Shown piece after piece: positions 29,825 to 39,061 of a stretch of DNA of 64,000 bases. A program made the translations under genes and the position numbers. Under the pieces are notes generated by a model that worked only from the letters and a program-made list of their open reading frames with translations, was not told the DNA's origin and made no database searches. Numbering within the stretch: position 1 is the first letter of the stretch; every line of letters starts with the position of its first letter. The stretch lies in contig CAWGYA010000002.1 in the NCBI GenBank assembly GCA_963826715.1, positions 256,001-320,000 on the forward strand, in the 5' to 3' direction. This stretch comes from Candidatus Bathyarchaeota archaeon. Its GTDB lineage: Archaea; Thermoproteota; Bathyarchaeia; Bathyarchaeales; Bathycorpusculaceae.

Positions 29825-31495
29825 TTATTGCCCATTTCCAGTCACTTTCTTCGCTACTTTCTCCGTGAGCATACCAATGAGCTGCCCATTTTTCACCACA
29901 GCTGCCCGCTTAAAGCCTTTCTCAGCCAGCACCCTCATGGCGGTCACCATAGATCCATCTTTTTCTAAAATGATAAGTGGTGTAAAGTAAAGATCTTTAA
30001 CCAAAGTACTCTTTGGATCTCGACCGCGCTCAATTATTTCCCGAAGTATTTCGCGATCGTTGATTACACCCAACGGCTTATGATTCTCCACAATTAAGAT
30101 AGAGTTGACGCTGGACCTTAGCATCTTATCGACCATCTCCGAAATTGTAGCAACAGTTTCTACCTCCACTGAAGGCAACTTAGTTCCCGCTTGGGTACTA
30201 ATTTCAGTAATATCTATGCCACGTTTCCAAATGTCGTTTAGCATTTCGCTGACACGTTCGATTTGGCTTGGATCGCTGCTGTAAAATGTATCTGCAAAGT
30301 AGAAAGCAGATTCAGTCCCAAAGTCATTTAACGGCGGCGTCTTAAACATGAAGAGGTGCTTGTAATCTACTAGCATCATGATAAGATAGCTAATGGGTAC
30401 ATGTTTGACTTCATATTGCTTCGCCAACTTCTGGGCGGGCTTCAAATTATCTAAATCAATAGAGGCCATTAAACGGACTTGGAGACCCTTCTTGAAAAAC
30501 TTGATTAGTGAATCATCCTCTGCAAGTCGGTTGATGCTCTGAGAGGAAGTAATGATAACAACATCTTTATTTGCAGATGCCAAAACCTCTGTAACCTTAT
30601 CCCATGCAGACTTTGGATCCCTAATGACGAGGGTTTCACCGATGGGTATACCACTTTTTAACTCGTCAATGCGCCTTGAAGCATCCACACCACTCTGCCA
30701 CATCTGTACAAAGAAAGCCTTCAGAACTGAAATGAACATCTTATCATTAATCCAGAGTCCCTCATCTTCTAGATTTAGTACTGAGGCTTCGTTGCCAAAA
30801 GGAGCATAAAGTATTGCTTCTTCATCATCCTTGATAAGGAAGCGTGGGAAAAATTTAGAGTTCATTGTAACATGACGTAGCTTGATATTTAGATTATCTT
30901 CAGAGATATTGTGGTCAATGCGGCTCACCGCCTTAAAGTTCTCCATTGAGATGTCAGTGATAATTTGGACCTGAACATTACGCTCCTGAGATGGGATAAC
31001 TGCTGCGTCAAAAATACCAGCAATATCCTCCTGGATCAACCCAAGTGCAGTCGTCAAAACGATAACTTCAGATTTTGATTCCTCTATCATATTAAGCATT
31101 TTTGAATGAATCTTTTTCTTACCTGTTATGATAGAAAATTTAGCGACGGGATACTCAGATTCAGGGGCGCTAATAGATTGCCAAGCTACTATCAGATTCT
31201 CTTTCTGCTCGTTTAAGTTAGAAACCTCGTTCTTTTTAGCAGCAATGAAGTTGTCAACTAACGCTGAGAAGGGCACAATGGTAAATCGTGTTGGACGCTC
31301 AAGAGTTGCTTCGATAAAGCCTTTCTCTTGGAGTTTTTTGAAGGTTCGATAAGCTTGCACACGCTCCATCTTTAAGCGCTTAGCTACAAAACTAGTGGAT
31401 TGCACACCACTTTTTGCAAGGAACATGTAAACTTGTATTTCCCGTTTAGATAAACCCAAAATTTGCAGGAACCGCGTAACGTCTTTTTCGCTCAT
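29825..31495 (-). CDS. TrmB-family regulator with two effector domains and C-terminal CBS pair
   Basis: LGLSKREIQVY...ERVQAYRTFKKLQEKG; C-terminal PLGVINDREIL and LIGMLTE. Confidence 0.85.
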   Translation of the reverse strand: MSEKDVTRFLQILGLSKREIQVYMFLAKSGVQSTSFVAKRLKMERVQAYRTFKKLQEKGFIEATLERPTRFTIVPFSALVDNFIAAKKNEVSNLNEQKENLIVAWQSISAPESEYPVAKFSIITGKKKIHSKMLNMIEESKSEVIVLTTALGLIQEDIAGIFDAAVIPSQERNVQVQIITDISMENFKAVSRIDHNISEDNLNIKLRHVTMNSKFFPRFLIKDDEEAILYAPFGNEASVLNLEDEGLWINDKMFISVLKAFFVQMWQSGVDASRRIDELKSGIPIGETLVIRDPKSAWDKVTEVLASANKDVVIITSSQSINRLAEDDSLIKFFKKGLQVRLMASIDLDNLKPAQKLAKQYEVKHVPISYLIMMLVDYKHLFMFKTPPLNDFGTESAFYFADTFYSSDPSQIERVSEMLNDIWKRGIDITEISTQAGTKLPSVEVETVATISEMVDKMLRSSVNSILIVENHKPLGVINDREILREIIERGRDPKSTLVKDLYFTPLIILEKDGSMVTAMRVLAEKGFKRAAVVKNGQLIGMLTEKVAKKVTGNGQ

Positions 31496-31596
31496 AAATT
31501 TTCCGCCATAAAGCCTAGCTGGTCCAGTCATTAATTAAGGGGCTCAAGTTTATAAATTGTAGCTTTTTTGACACAACAAAACACAATAAATTAAAG

Positions 31597-32262
31597 TTAT
31601 AATAGCTTTTTCTGTTCAAACCCAAATTCCTGTTTGACCCGACGTGCGGGCGCCCAAGATTTTCGAACAAAACTCGGATAAAACCCACCATTAATTGTTA
31701 ATAACTGTCTAAGGAAACCGGTGGTTTTATCATCGGTCAGGTATCCGCTGCCGAAATTGCCGTATTTGGCTTTGAGCAATTCGATTTCTCTGTCTCGTTC
31801 TACTTTGGCAATGATTGAGGCAGCGGAGACCACCGGGAAATTTCGATCCGCCTTATGCTGCGATATAATCGATGTTTTAGTGGTTAAGCATTCTTGGATA
31901 TGCAGACCAAAACGTTCTGCTAAAACATCTGCTGCATCAACATACACTTCGTCTGGTTTAAGCTCCTCAATAACCTTTGCCATAATTTGTGCTTCAAGGC
32001 GGTTAAGCTTGTAGAGAGTCTTGGTACTACGAACTGCTTTGTCGATTATGTAGGGTAAGACTTTAATGACATTGTAGTTGTATGCGAGTTTTAATATTTC
32101 TGGATAGAGATCTTCGCGCTTCTTTGAAGTAAGCAGTTTGGAGTCTTTGACCCCAAGAGCCGCCAATTGAGACAGGTTATCAGATTGCACCGCTACGCCT
32201 GCGACTACCAAAGGTCCAACCACGCAACCTCGCCCCGCTTCATCGACACCAGCAATCAACAC
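31597..32262 (-). CDS. rnhB: ribonuclease HII
   Basis: GVDEAGRG, DSK, VDAAD, VSAASIIAKV, GSGY. Confidence 0.96.
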   Translation of the reverse strand: MLIAGVDEAGRGCVVGPLVVAGVAVQSDNLSQLAALGVKDSKLLTSKKREDLYPEILKLAYNYNVIKVLPYIIDKAVRSTKTLYKLNRLEAQIMAKVIEELKPDEVYVDAADVLAERFGLHIQECLTTKTSIISQHKADRNFPVVSAASIIAKVERDREIELLKAKYGNFGSGYLTDDKTTGFLRQLLTINGGFYPSFVRKSWAPARRVKQEFGFEQKKLL

Positions 32263-32379
32263 GTCCCAATTCTCACCCGTTTAAGAGTGACATTACTTTT
32301 TCTATGCTATATTGCTTTTCCAAAACTGCAATCAGAAAAAAAATTACACAAAGGAGCTATCAAAAAATTTAATATTAAA

Positions 32380-33078
32380 TCAGGATTTCTGCGCTACAAT
32401 CATGGCATGGGCCTTATCATATGGGTCCAAGGGCACAATTTCTTTGACATCAAAACCGCGTTTACGCAAAACCCTCGCTTCCTGTTGATAAACAGCCTCA
32501 GGAACCATCGTAACATCGATGCTCTGCGACTTACATGCTAGCATAACCCAGCCTTGAGGTTTGAGGAAAAAGTCTGCATTATCCGCCAAAAGCTTTGCTT
32601 GCTCAGGCTGGGCTACGTCACAATATATCGTATCCACTTTGCCACTGATGAACATAGCGTAACGTTCGGGCATCCGGGCATCCTCCAACATAGGTGAAAT
32701 GTTAGTTCGGAAAGTAGCAACATTATTGACTAAATCCCTAAGTGATCGCTGTGCAAATTCTATACAATACACATGCCCTGACTCGCCCACAATGTCTGAG
32801 ACGTGACTTGGAGTGGTCCCTGAAGCAGCGCCCAAATACAGCACCTTAAAACCAGGTTCAATGGGCACATTCTGCACGCCCTTAATGATTGCTCCTGCAA
32901 GTTTGCTCCGAAAAGCATCCCACACACGATATTCGACACGCCTGAATTTGACCAGACGTTCGCCATACACGTTATGACCAGGTATGAGGTTTTCTGTGCC
33001 CAGTCGCTTAGAGCCGTCTTCAAGAAGGATTTGGTAGATTTCTTTGAATTTATCGTTCGGCTTTACTCTAATGCCCAC
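32380..33078 (-). CDS. flpA: fibrillarin 2'-O-methyltransferase
   Basis: VYGE, FRSKLA, VLYLGAASGTT, DVAQP; start re-assigned to GTG at 33078. Confidence 0.95.
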   Translation of the reverse strand: MGIRVKPNDKFKEIYQILLEDGSKRLGTENLIPGHNVYGERLVKFRRVEYRVWDAFRSKLAGAIIKGVQNVPIEPGFKVLYLGAASGTTPSHVSDIVGESGHVYCIEFAQRSLRDLVNNVATFRTNISPMLEDARMPERYAMFISGKVDTIYCDVAQPEQAKLLADNADFFLKPQGWVMLACKSQSIDVTMVPEAVYQQEARVLRKRGFDVKEIVPLDPYDKAHAMIVAQKS

Positions 33079-34531
33079 GAGTGTCTCTCCATTGCTTGCG
33101 CCTACGTTTGCCCCCTCGAGGTGGACCCTCTCGTGGAGGTTTAGGCGTGAATGGCCGTTGTTGGTTATCTTTTGGCGGACCTTGAGGTTGAGGGGGTTCT
33201 CTATTTTGGCTACTTGGTTGGCTTTGTCCATCTCTTGGAGGTACTCGATATGTGAAGCGTTTTTCGCCTCCATCTTCTGAACGACGGTCTCTGCCACGAT
33301 CGAATCGGCGTTCTCCACCGTGCCTGCGATCAAAGCCACCTTCGCGTTGAGGTCTTGGTGTAGGTTCTTTTGGCGGTGGAGGATCCTTATATTTCTGGTG
33401 AATCTCCTCTATGCGCCTGTTAATTTCTGCCTTAAGATCGTCTCCTATAAAGTGTCCTTGTCCGAATACATCTGCACGTGCAGCTATGGCAAGTTTGCCT
33501 GCGATAACCCGCGCAATCTTTCCCCTTTGCCAACGCTTTGCATCATGCAAAAGATTGTGTTGGAAGATTAAGCCATGTTTGGGAGGCCTCGCACCTGTTT
33601 TCAGCGAGCGGAAAAGTGCTTTCTCTGCCCCTAAAACTTGAATAGTGCTGGCGGGTCTCATAGCGAGGTTCTGGAGGCTACCCGCAAAAGAGATTAGACG
33701 TGCGCCCAGGAGCGCCCCTGCGACGGCACGCACGTTAGGAGCCATCTCTTCCATGGTGCGGTCTACGTAGTCTTCCATACTTTTTCGGAGCTCATAAAAA
33801 GCGAGTACATCTTTGGCAAGGGCTTGAATTTGAATTAAATCTGTGCCTGCAATATCTGCACCCATAGAGTTTTCTGCAGCTTTTGCAATGTTTGCAGTCC
33901 GTTCTTTGGGAATGTTCTCAGCTTCTAAACCCTCTTCTGTAAAGCTTTCTTTATCACCGATGTTCAAGACGAGCCGTGCATAAGTTTCATGTTTCTCAAC
34001 TAGGCGATCAAGCTCGGGGAAGTAGACGCCATACCATTCGCGTAGTCTACCCATGAAGAGGTTAACTGTTTGGTCAAGACTGTCGAGTGTTTGGATACCC
34101 TGAGATACGATTAAGTCACGTTTCATTGTTGCGCCTTTAATTCGGAGTTTTGCGAGTTCCATGGCGACATTGCGGTTCCAGATACTTAGTTCAGACTCGT
34201 CTGCAGCGAAACCTGATTTCAACGCTACTTCAGCCATCAGGGAATTATGAACAGCGACTTCTGAAGGCTTTGCAACCTCAACTGTCACATCCATTTTGCG
34301 TTGGGTTTCTTCTGCCAATTTGGCATCTGTAAAGACAAACACGTCGTAACTTGTATTTTTTAGTAGAGAAATCAGTGATGTTGTTTGGTCTGAGAGTTTA
34401 CCAGTTTCGGCGCGGAGCAAGCTCTTAGCTGCTGCCTGCGGTTTTTTTGGAAAAAGTGCTTTTTCGACAAGTTGGTTTTTGTCGTCAAAGGCGGCTACGC
34501 CGAAAGGAAACTGTACGATGAATGCTTTCAT
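33068..34531 (-). CDS. nop5: C/D-box RNP subunit Nop5 (Nop56/58) with long low-complexity C-tail
   Basis: RLREWYG.YFPEL, PASTIQVLGAEKALF, PKHGLIF. Confidence 0.95.
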   Translation of the reverse strand: MKAFIVQFPFGVAAFDDKNQLVEKALFPKKPQAAAKSLLRAETGKLSDQTTSLISLLKNTSYDVFVFTDAKLAEETQRKMDVTVEVAKPSEVAVHNSLMAEVALKSGFAADESELSIWNRNVAMELAKLRIKGATMKRDLIVSQGIQTLDSLDQTVNLFMGRLREWYGVYFPELDRLVEKHETYARLVLNIGDKESFTEEGLEAENIPKERTANIAKAAENSMGADIAGTDLIQIQALAKDVLAFYELRKSMEDYVDRTMEEMAPNVRAVAGALLGARLISFAGSLQNLAMRPASTIQVLGAEKALFRSLKTGARPPKHGLIFQHNLLHDAKRWQRGKIARVIAGKLAIAARADVFGQGHFIGDDLKAEINRRIEEIHQKYKDPPPPKEPTPRPQREGGFDRRHGGERRFDRGRDRRSEDGGEKRFTYRVPPRDGQSQPSSQNREPPQPQGPPKDNQQRPFTPKPPREGPPRGGKRRRKQWRDTRGH

Positions 34532-34818
34532 ACCTCTGTGCCCCAGTAAACTATGTATTGTCAACACCTTTAGTTATAAATAGTTTCTTTGCCAGCCGAG
34601 GTGTTCATGTATGGGTGGGATACAAAACGAAACCTGCAAATGAGATTATTGCGGTTGCATTCGAACCAACAAACTTTTGAATCTTCGCTATTCTTTGTAA
34701 ACCCCAATTTTAGGACAGATTTGTCTTTTCAAGTTGTTACGAATGTGTTTCTTTATAATCAATCGTTATGTGGCTCAAAACAGTTAATACATACGACCAT
34801 AAAATATTCGAATTAAGG

Positions 34819-35721
34819 ATGGAAATAGGAATAACCGCAAATACAACCCCAAATAAAGTCACAGTTGCATTAATCCAGACAACAGTTTCAGAGAACATAG
34901 CTAAGAATATTCAAAAGACCCAGCGCAGAGTCGAAGAAGCCGCGCATGGGGGCGCCCAAATCATCTGTCTACAAGAACTCTATCGTACTCGCTACTTCCC
35001 ACAGGAGGAGCATCGTGACGTCGCAGATTTGGCGGAGTCCATCCCAGGTGAATCTACCGATGTCCTCGGCAAACTCGCAAAACAACACAGCGTTGTTATC
35101 ATTGCACCTCTGTTTGAAAAGGGAAGCGACAACAAATTCTACAATTCCGCCGCAGTCATAGGCGCAGACGGACAAGTCATGGGGGTTTACCGCAAAATCC
35201 ACATACCCTATGACCCCTACTTCTTTGAGAAAAACTACTTCACACAAGGCACAAACCCCTACAGAGTCTATGATGTGGGGTGCGCTAAAATCGGGGTGCT
35301 CATCTGTTATGATCAATGGTTCCCCGAACCCGCACGCATCAACACCCTGAAAGGGGCAGAAATTATTTTTTATCCCACAGCCATCGGTTACGTCAAAGGC
35401 TACAACAGTGCGGATGGCGACTGGCATGACGCCTGGCGAACCGTGCAGAGAGCACACGCCATTGCAAATGGCGTCCATGTGGCAGCAGTGAACCGAGTCG
35501 GTGAAGAAGATGAGCTGGAGTTTTGGGGCAGCAGTTTTGTCTGTGACGCCTTCGGCAAGGTCGTTGCAGAAGCCAGTAATCAAACCGAGCAAACCCTAAT
35601 CGTGACCGTTGACCTTTCTAAGAACAAACAAATCCAAGAGGGCTGGGGCTTTCTTCGTAATCGACGCCCCGATACATACCTGAAACTAACAGAGAAACTG
35701 AGAGGCACCTCAGATGAATAG
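34819..35721 (+). CDS. aguB: N-carbamoylputrescine amidase (nitrilase family)
   Basis: CLQEL, YRKIHIP, LICYDQWFPE, YPTAIG; adjacent to agmatine deiminase. Confidence 0.9.
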   Translation: MEIGITANTTPNKVTVALIQTTVSENIAKNIQKTQRRVEEAAHGGAQIICLQELYRTRYFPQEEHRDVADLAESIPGESTDVLGKLAKQHSVVIIAPLFEKGSDNKFYNSAAVIGADGQVMGVYRKIHIPYDPYFFEKNYFTQGTNPYRVYDVGCAKIGVLICYDQWFPEPARINTLKGAEIIFYPTAIGYVKGYNSADGDWHDAWRTVQRAHAIANGVHVAAVNRVGEEDELEFWGSSFVCDAFGKVVAEASNQTEQTLIVTVDLSKNKQIQEGWGFLRNRRPDTYLKLTEKLRGTSDE

Positions 35722-36760
35722 CGGAAAAGCCTGCCGTGAACTTGGTTTCTGCATGCCCGCTGAGTGGAAACGTCATGATGCAATTTGGCTTGCTTGGCCC
35801 TACGACCCCACAACCTTCCCTAACCGAGTTGAGCGAGTCGAAAGCACTTATGTGCAGATTATTAAGGAAATCCATGAAAGCGAACACGTCAATCTGTTTG
35901 TCGTCGATGACCCCACAAGGAAAAAGGCTACTCAACTCTTCGATGAAGCAGGCATAGATCAATCCAAAGTGGACATTTTAGTTTCCGATTATGCAGATGT
36001 ATGGTTCCGCGACTATGGCCCTATCTTTGTCCGTAACCCCCGCCACGAATTAGCGATGATCCATTGGGACTTTAATTCTTGGGGCGAAAAATACGAAACT
36101 CTGCTAAAGGACCGAGAAATCCCATCTGTCATCAACGAGAGGATGAAGGTTAGGTGCTTCAAACCAGGCATTGTTTTGGAAGGGGGTTCAATTGAAGTTA
36201 ATGGCGAAGGGACGCTACTGACTACAGAGCAATGCTTGCTTAATAACAATCGGAACCCGCACCTAAATAAACAGAAAATCGAACAGTACCTAATGGATTA
36301 CTTGGGCGTTACCCACTTCATTTGGCTCAAACGCGGAATCCTGGGGGATGACACCGACGGGCACATCGATGACCTGGCGCGCTTTGTGAACCCAACTACC
36401 ATTGTCTGTGCCTACCAAGATGATCCAGCCGAAGCTGATTATGAAGCGCTTAGAGAAAACTATAAGGTCCTCAGCCACGCAACTGATCAAGACGGGGAAA
36501 AAATTAATATCATTAAATTACCCATGCCCAAAGTCATCAGTGACGAAGATGAGCAACTTCCCGCCAGTTACACCAACTTCTACATAGGCAATACCAAAGT
36601 ACTTATGCCCACCTTTGACCATCCTAATGATTTAGCAGCACTGTCTATTTTGCAAGAACAATTTCCGACACGCAAAGTGGTCGGTATCCGATGCACAGAT
36701 TTAGTTTATGGTTTTGGCACCCTACATTGTATTAGTCAGCAGCAGCCTTGCCCTATTTAG
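35714..36760 (+). CDS. aguA: agmatine deiminase
   Basis: MPAEW, WFRDYGP, EGGSI, DDTDGHID, ASYTNF, GTLHCISQQ. Confidence 0.95.
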   Translation: MNSGKACRELGFCMPAEWKRHDAIWLAWPYDPTTFPNRVERVESTYVQIIKEIHESEHVNLFVVDDPTRKKATQLFDEAGIDQSKVDILVSDYADVWFRDYGPIFVRNPRHELAMIHWDFNSWGEKYETLLKDREIPSVINERMKVRCFKPGIVLEGGSIEVNGEGTLLTTEQCLLNNNRNPHLNKQKIEQYLMDYLGVTHFIWLKRGILGDDTDGHIDDLARFVNPTTIVCAYQDDPAEADYEALRENYKVLSHATDQDGEKINIIKLPMPKVISDEDEQLPASYTNFYIGNTKVLMPTFDHPNDLAALSILQEQFPTRKVVGIRCTDLVYGFGTLHCISQQQPCPI

Positions 36761-37158
36761 ACAGCCCAATACTATATAGCAAAAACTATATTTGCCACCC
36801 ATCCCTCTTTTTGGAAAAAAGCTCGCCTGGATACCACTAATTGCGGGGTCAATATATTATTTGGCAAGTTAATCTTCTTGAGATTGACAACTGACACTAC
36901 AACATATAGTAACTAATTTAAAAAATCATTAAGATTCGAACTAATTGTCGCATCAGAAATTAAAAAGGAAAAAGTAACTTAACTTTTAAAATATTTAGAC
37001 CTGCTTGAGATATATAACGACATGACAGGGGCAATTTCAGCAGAAGTACATCAAACCCTTTCAATCGAAACCTCAAATGACTTACTATAAAGATGAAACC
37101 TGGGTTCATAAATCATATATTTAATTTATCTTAGTATTCAATTAATGGAAGCTATCAC

Positions 37159-37314
37159 ATGACAAAATGTCCAAAATGTGGAAAAGAAGTAGACCCTAAT
37201 AAGAATTATAAGACAGCAATAAAAACGGATGAATCTACAGAAAAGAGCTTCATAACATTCGGTATGTGCGAGGACTGCGCGCTAATATTAATTTTAAAGA
37301 TGCAAAAACAATAA
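37159..37314 (+). CDS. Zn-ribbon micro-protein, 51 aa
   Basis: MTKCPKCG...MCEDC. Confidence 0.65.
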   Translation: MTKCPKCGKEVDPNKNYKTAIKTDESTEKSFITFGMCEDCALILILKMQKQ

Positions 37315-37433
37315 TAAGACTCTTGCCACACCCGCTAAGCTCTTTATTTTAAGTGCACTTGGTTTAAAACATATTGAAAAAAATTGAAGCAATAGACTTA
37401 TAATCCAAGTCAAACCAATAAAAGCCGAAGTGC

Positions 37434-37655
37434 GTGGATAAAATGGAAAGAAAGCTAAAAATTATACCGGAACCAAACAAAGGAACACAAACCATTTTTG
37501 CATCTAAAACAGTGCCAGTAATAAAAAGTAAAGGTGGTAATACTACTTATCTATGTGGTAACTGTGGAGCAAAGATAGGCGAGACTATCATTGAAGGCAA
37601 ATTCAAAAATGTTGTGTTAAAATGCCCAAAATGCAACCTTTACAACGAAATATAG
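37434..37655 (+). CDS. Zn-ribbon small protein
   Basis: YLCGNCG...KCPKCNLYN. Confidence 0.75.
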   Translation: MDKMERKLKIIPEPNKGTQTIFASKTVPVIKSKGGNTTYLCGNCGAKIGETIIEGKFKNVVLKCPKCNLYNEI

Positions 37656-37656
37656 T

Positions 37657-38087
37657 TTAGGTATCAATGTTTAACATTCGAACAACATCAATGAAACCAA
37701 TTTTTTCGCCCTCTTGATCCCTCAAAAAAGAAGTCGTTACTTCTATTTTTGATTCTTCCCCATTCTTTAACACAACCCTATATTCATTACTCATATATCT
37801 TGATTATTCATTATTGCAGTAATAGAACGTTGAACAGCCAGACTTCTTTCTTCCTTAACCAAAAACTCAAGATAGTGCTTGCCTATAAACTCGCTTTTAT
37901 CATTTGCACCAAAAATATTTACAATTAATTCGTTTACGTCAGAAATGTAGCCATATAAGTCACCGACCAATATGCCATCACCTGCATTTTTGCTTGACGC
38001 AAACAGATCTTGATCAATTTCAAATTCTATTCGACCGTTTCTGTCAACTATCGAAATAAACTCTGCTTGCTTGACTGCTTTAGACAT
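37657..38087 (-). pseudogene. stand-alone PAS domain protein, frameshifted
   Basis: PAS core (DGILVGD...EFIGKHYLEF) continues as MSNEYRVVLKNGE...LRDQEGEKIGFIDVVR after an extra AT in GATATATG (~37795). Confidence 0.7.
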
Positions 38088-38264
38088 ATTGAAATATTTT
38101 TCGATCGATTAAAAAAATGTTTCGACGCTACTTCACAACACAAAGCCTTCCACCTATTTTATTCAAAAATGATAATTCTTTCTTGATCTAACTCAATTTT
38201 TGAACTAACAACATTTCTTTGAGATAGTTTAACTTATAATAGTTGAGGATATGTCGCAGGTTGT

Positions 38265-38906
38265 TCATTGTAAATATTTCTGGGGATTAATTTTGAGTCT
38301 TTTGCATAACTCTAGAAACACAGCCAAACGTTCTGTTCTATCTTCAGTATTAAAACGTAGAAAGAAAGGACGTTGTTCCATGTCAAAAGGGTCCTTCGCT
38401 GCCCCAAATAAGTAAAAAAGCATTGCAACAAAAAGAACTGCCACATCACCTTTCCGGGCCAACAATCCTGCGATTAAGGCTTCTTTGATTTCTGGAGGAT
38501 GATATTCTATTATATCATCGAGTATTTGGGAGAGCCCAGTGAACACCTCTGCGTTTTGTAAAGCATCTAAAAATAGACAAACTTCTCTCACTATCCGAGA
38601 CCAAATCCGGAGCAAACCGTGTAACTGCAACGCGAACAGAAGGGTCAGGGTCCTTTATGGCTTGCTTTAAAGTTTTTTTAGCCCTTTCGGTATTAATTTG
38701 TGCAAGCGCTTCAATGCCGCGCCAATCACGAGAGCTATGATTGATTAATATTTGCTCAATTACCTTGCGTTCGAATGGAGATGCAGATTTTAGCAATCTA
38801 TGTCATAGCCTATGCCGTCGTGCCACTTATCGAAACCTATGATCATACTTTTTTCAAAGCGTTGAAGGGGAGTAGTTGGACGAAATTGATCATTACCAAT
38901 TGACAC
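38265..38906 (-). pseudogene. HEAT-repeat protein with two frameshifts
   Basis: three consecutive frames: LQRFEKSMIIGFDKWHDG / RDWRGIEALAQ...DPDPSVR / DALQNAEVFTGLSQ. Confidence 0.7.
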
Positions 38907-39061
38907 TTTAGTTTCCTCTTGGTGTTTTGAAGTTATCGATTACAAACAAGAATCATAAATAGGCTATTAAATGATCATTTTGGTGAAGTTAAGTTTAAAC
39001 TCTCCAGTGGAATAATAGGTAGAACACCACCAGTTTGGGCGTAAAGGGGAGAGAATGGTTT

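Noticed and set aside
33079-33339. Long N-terminal extension of fibrillarin
   Set aside because: Alternative frame of the Nop5 tail; homology starts near 33078
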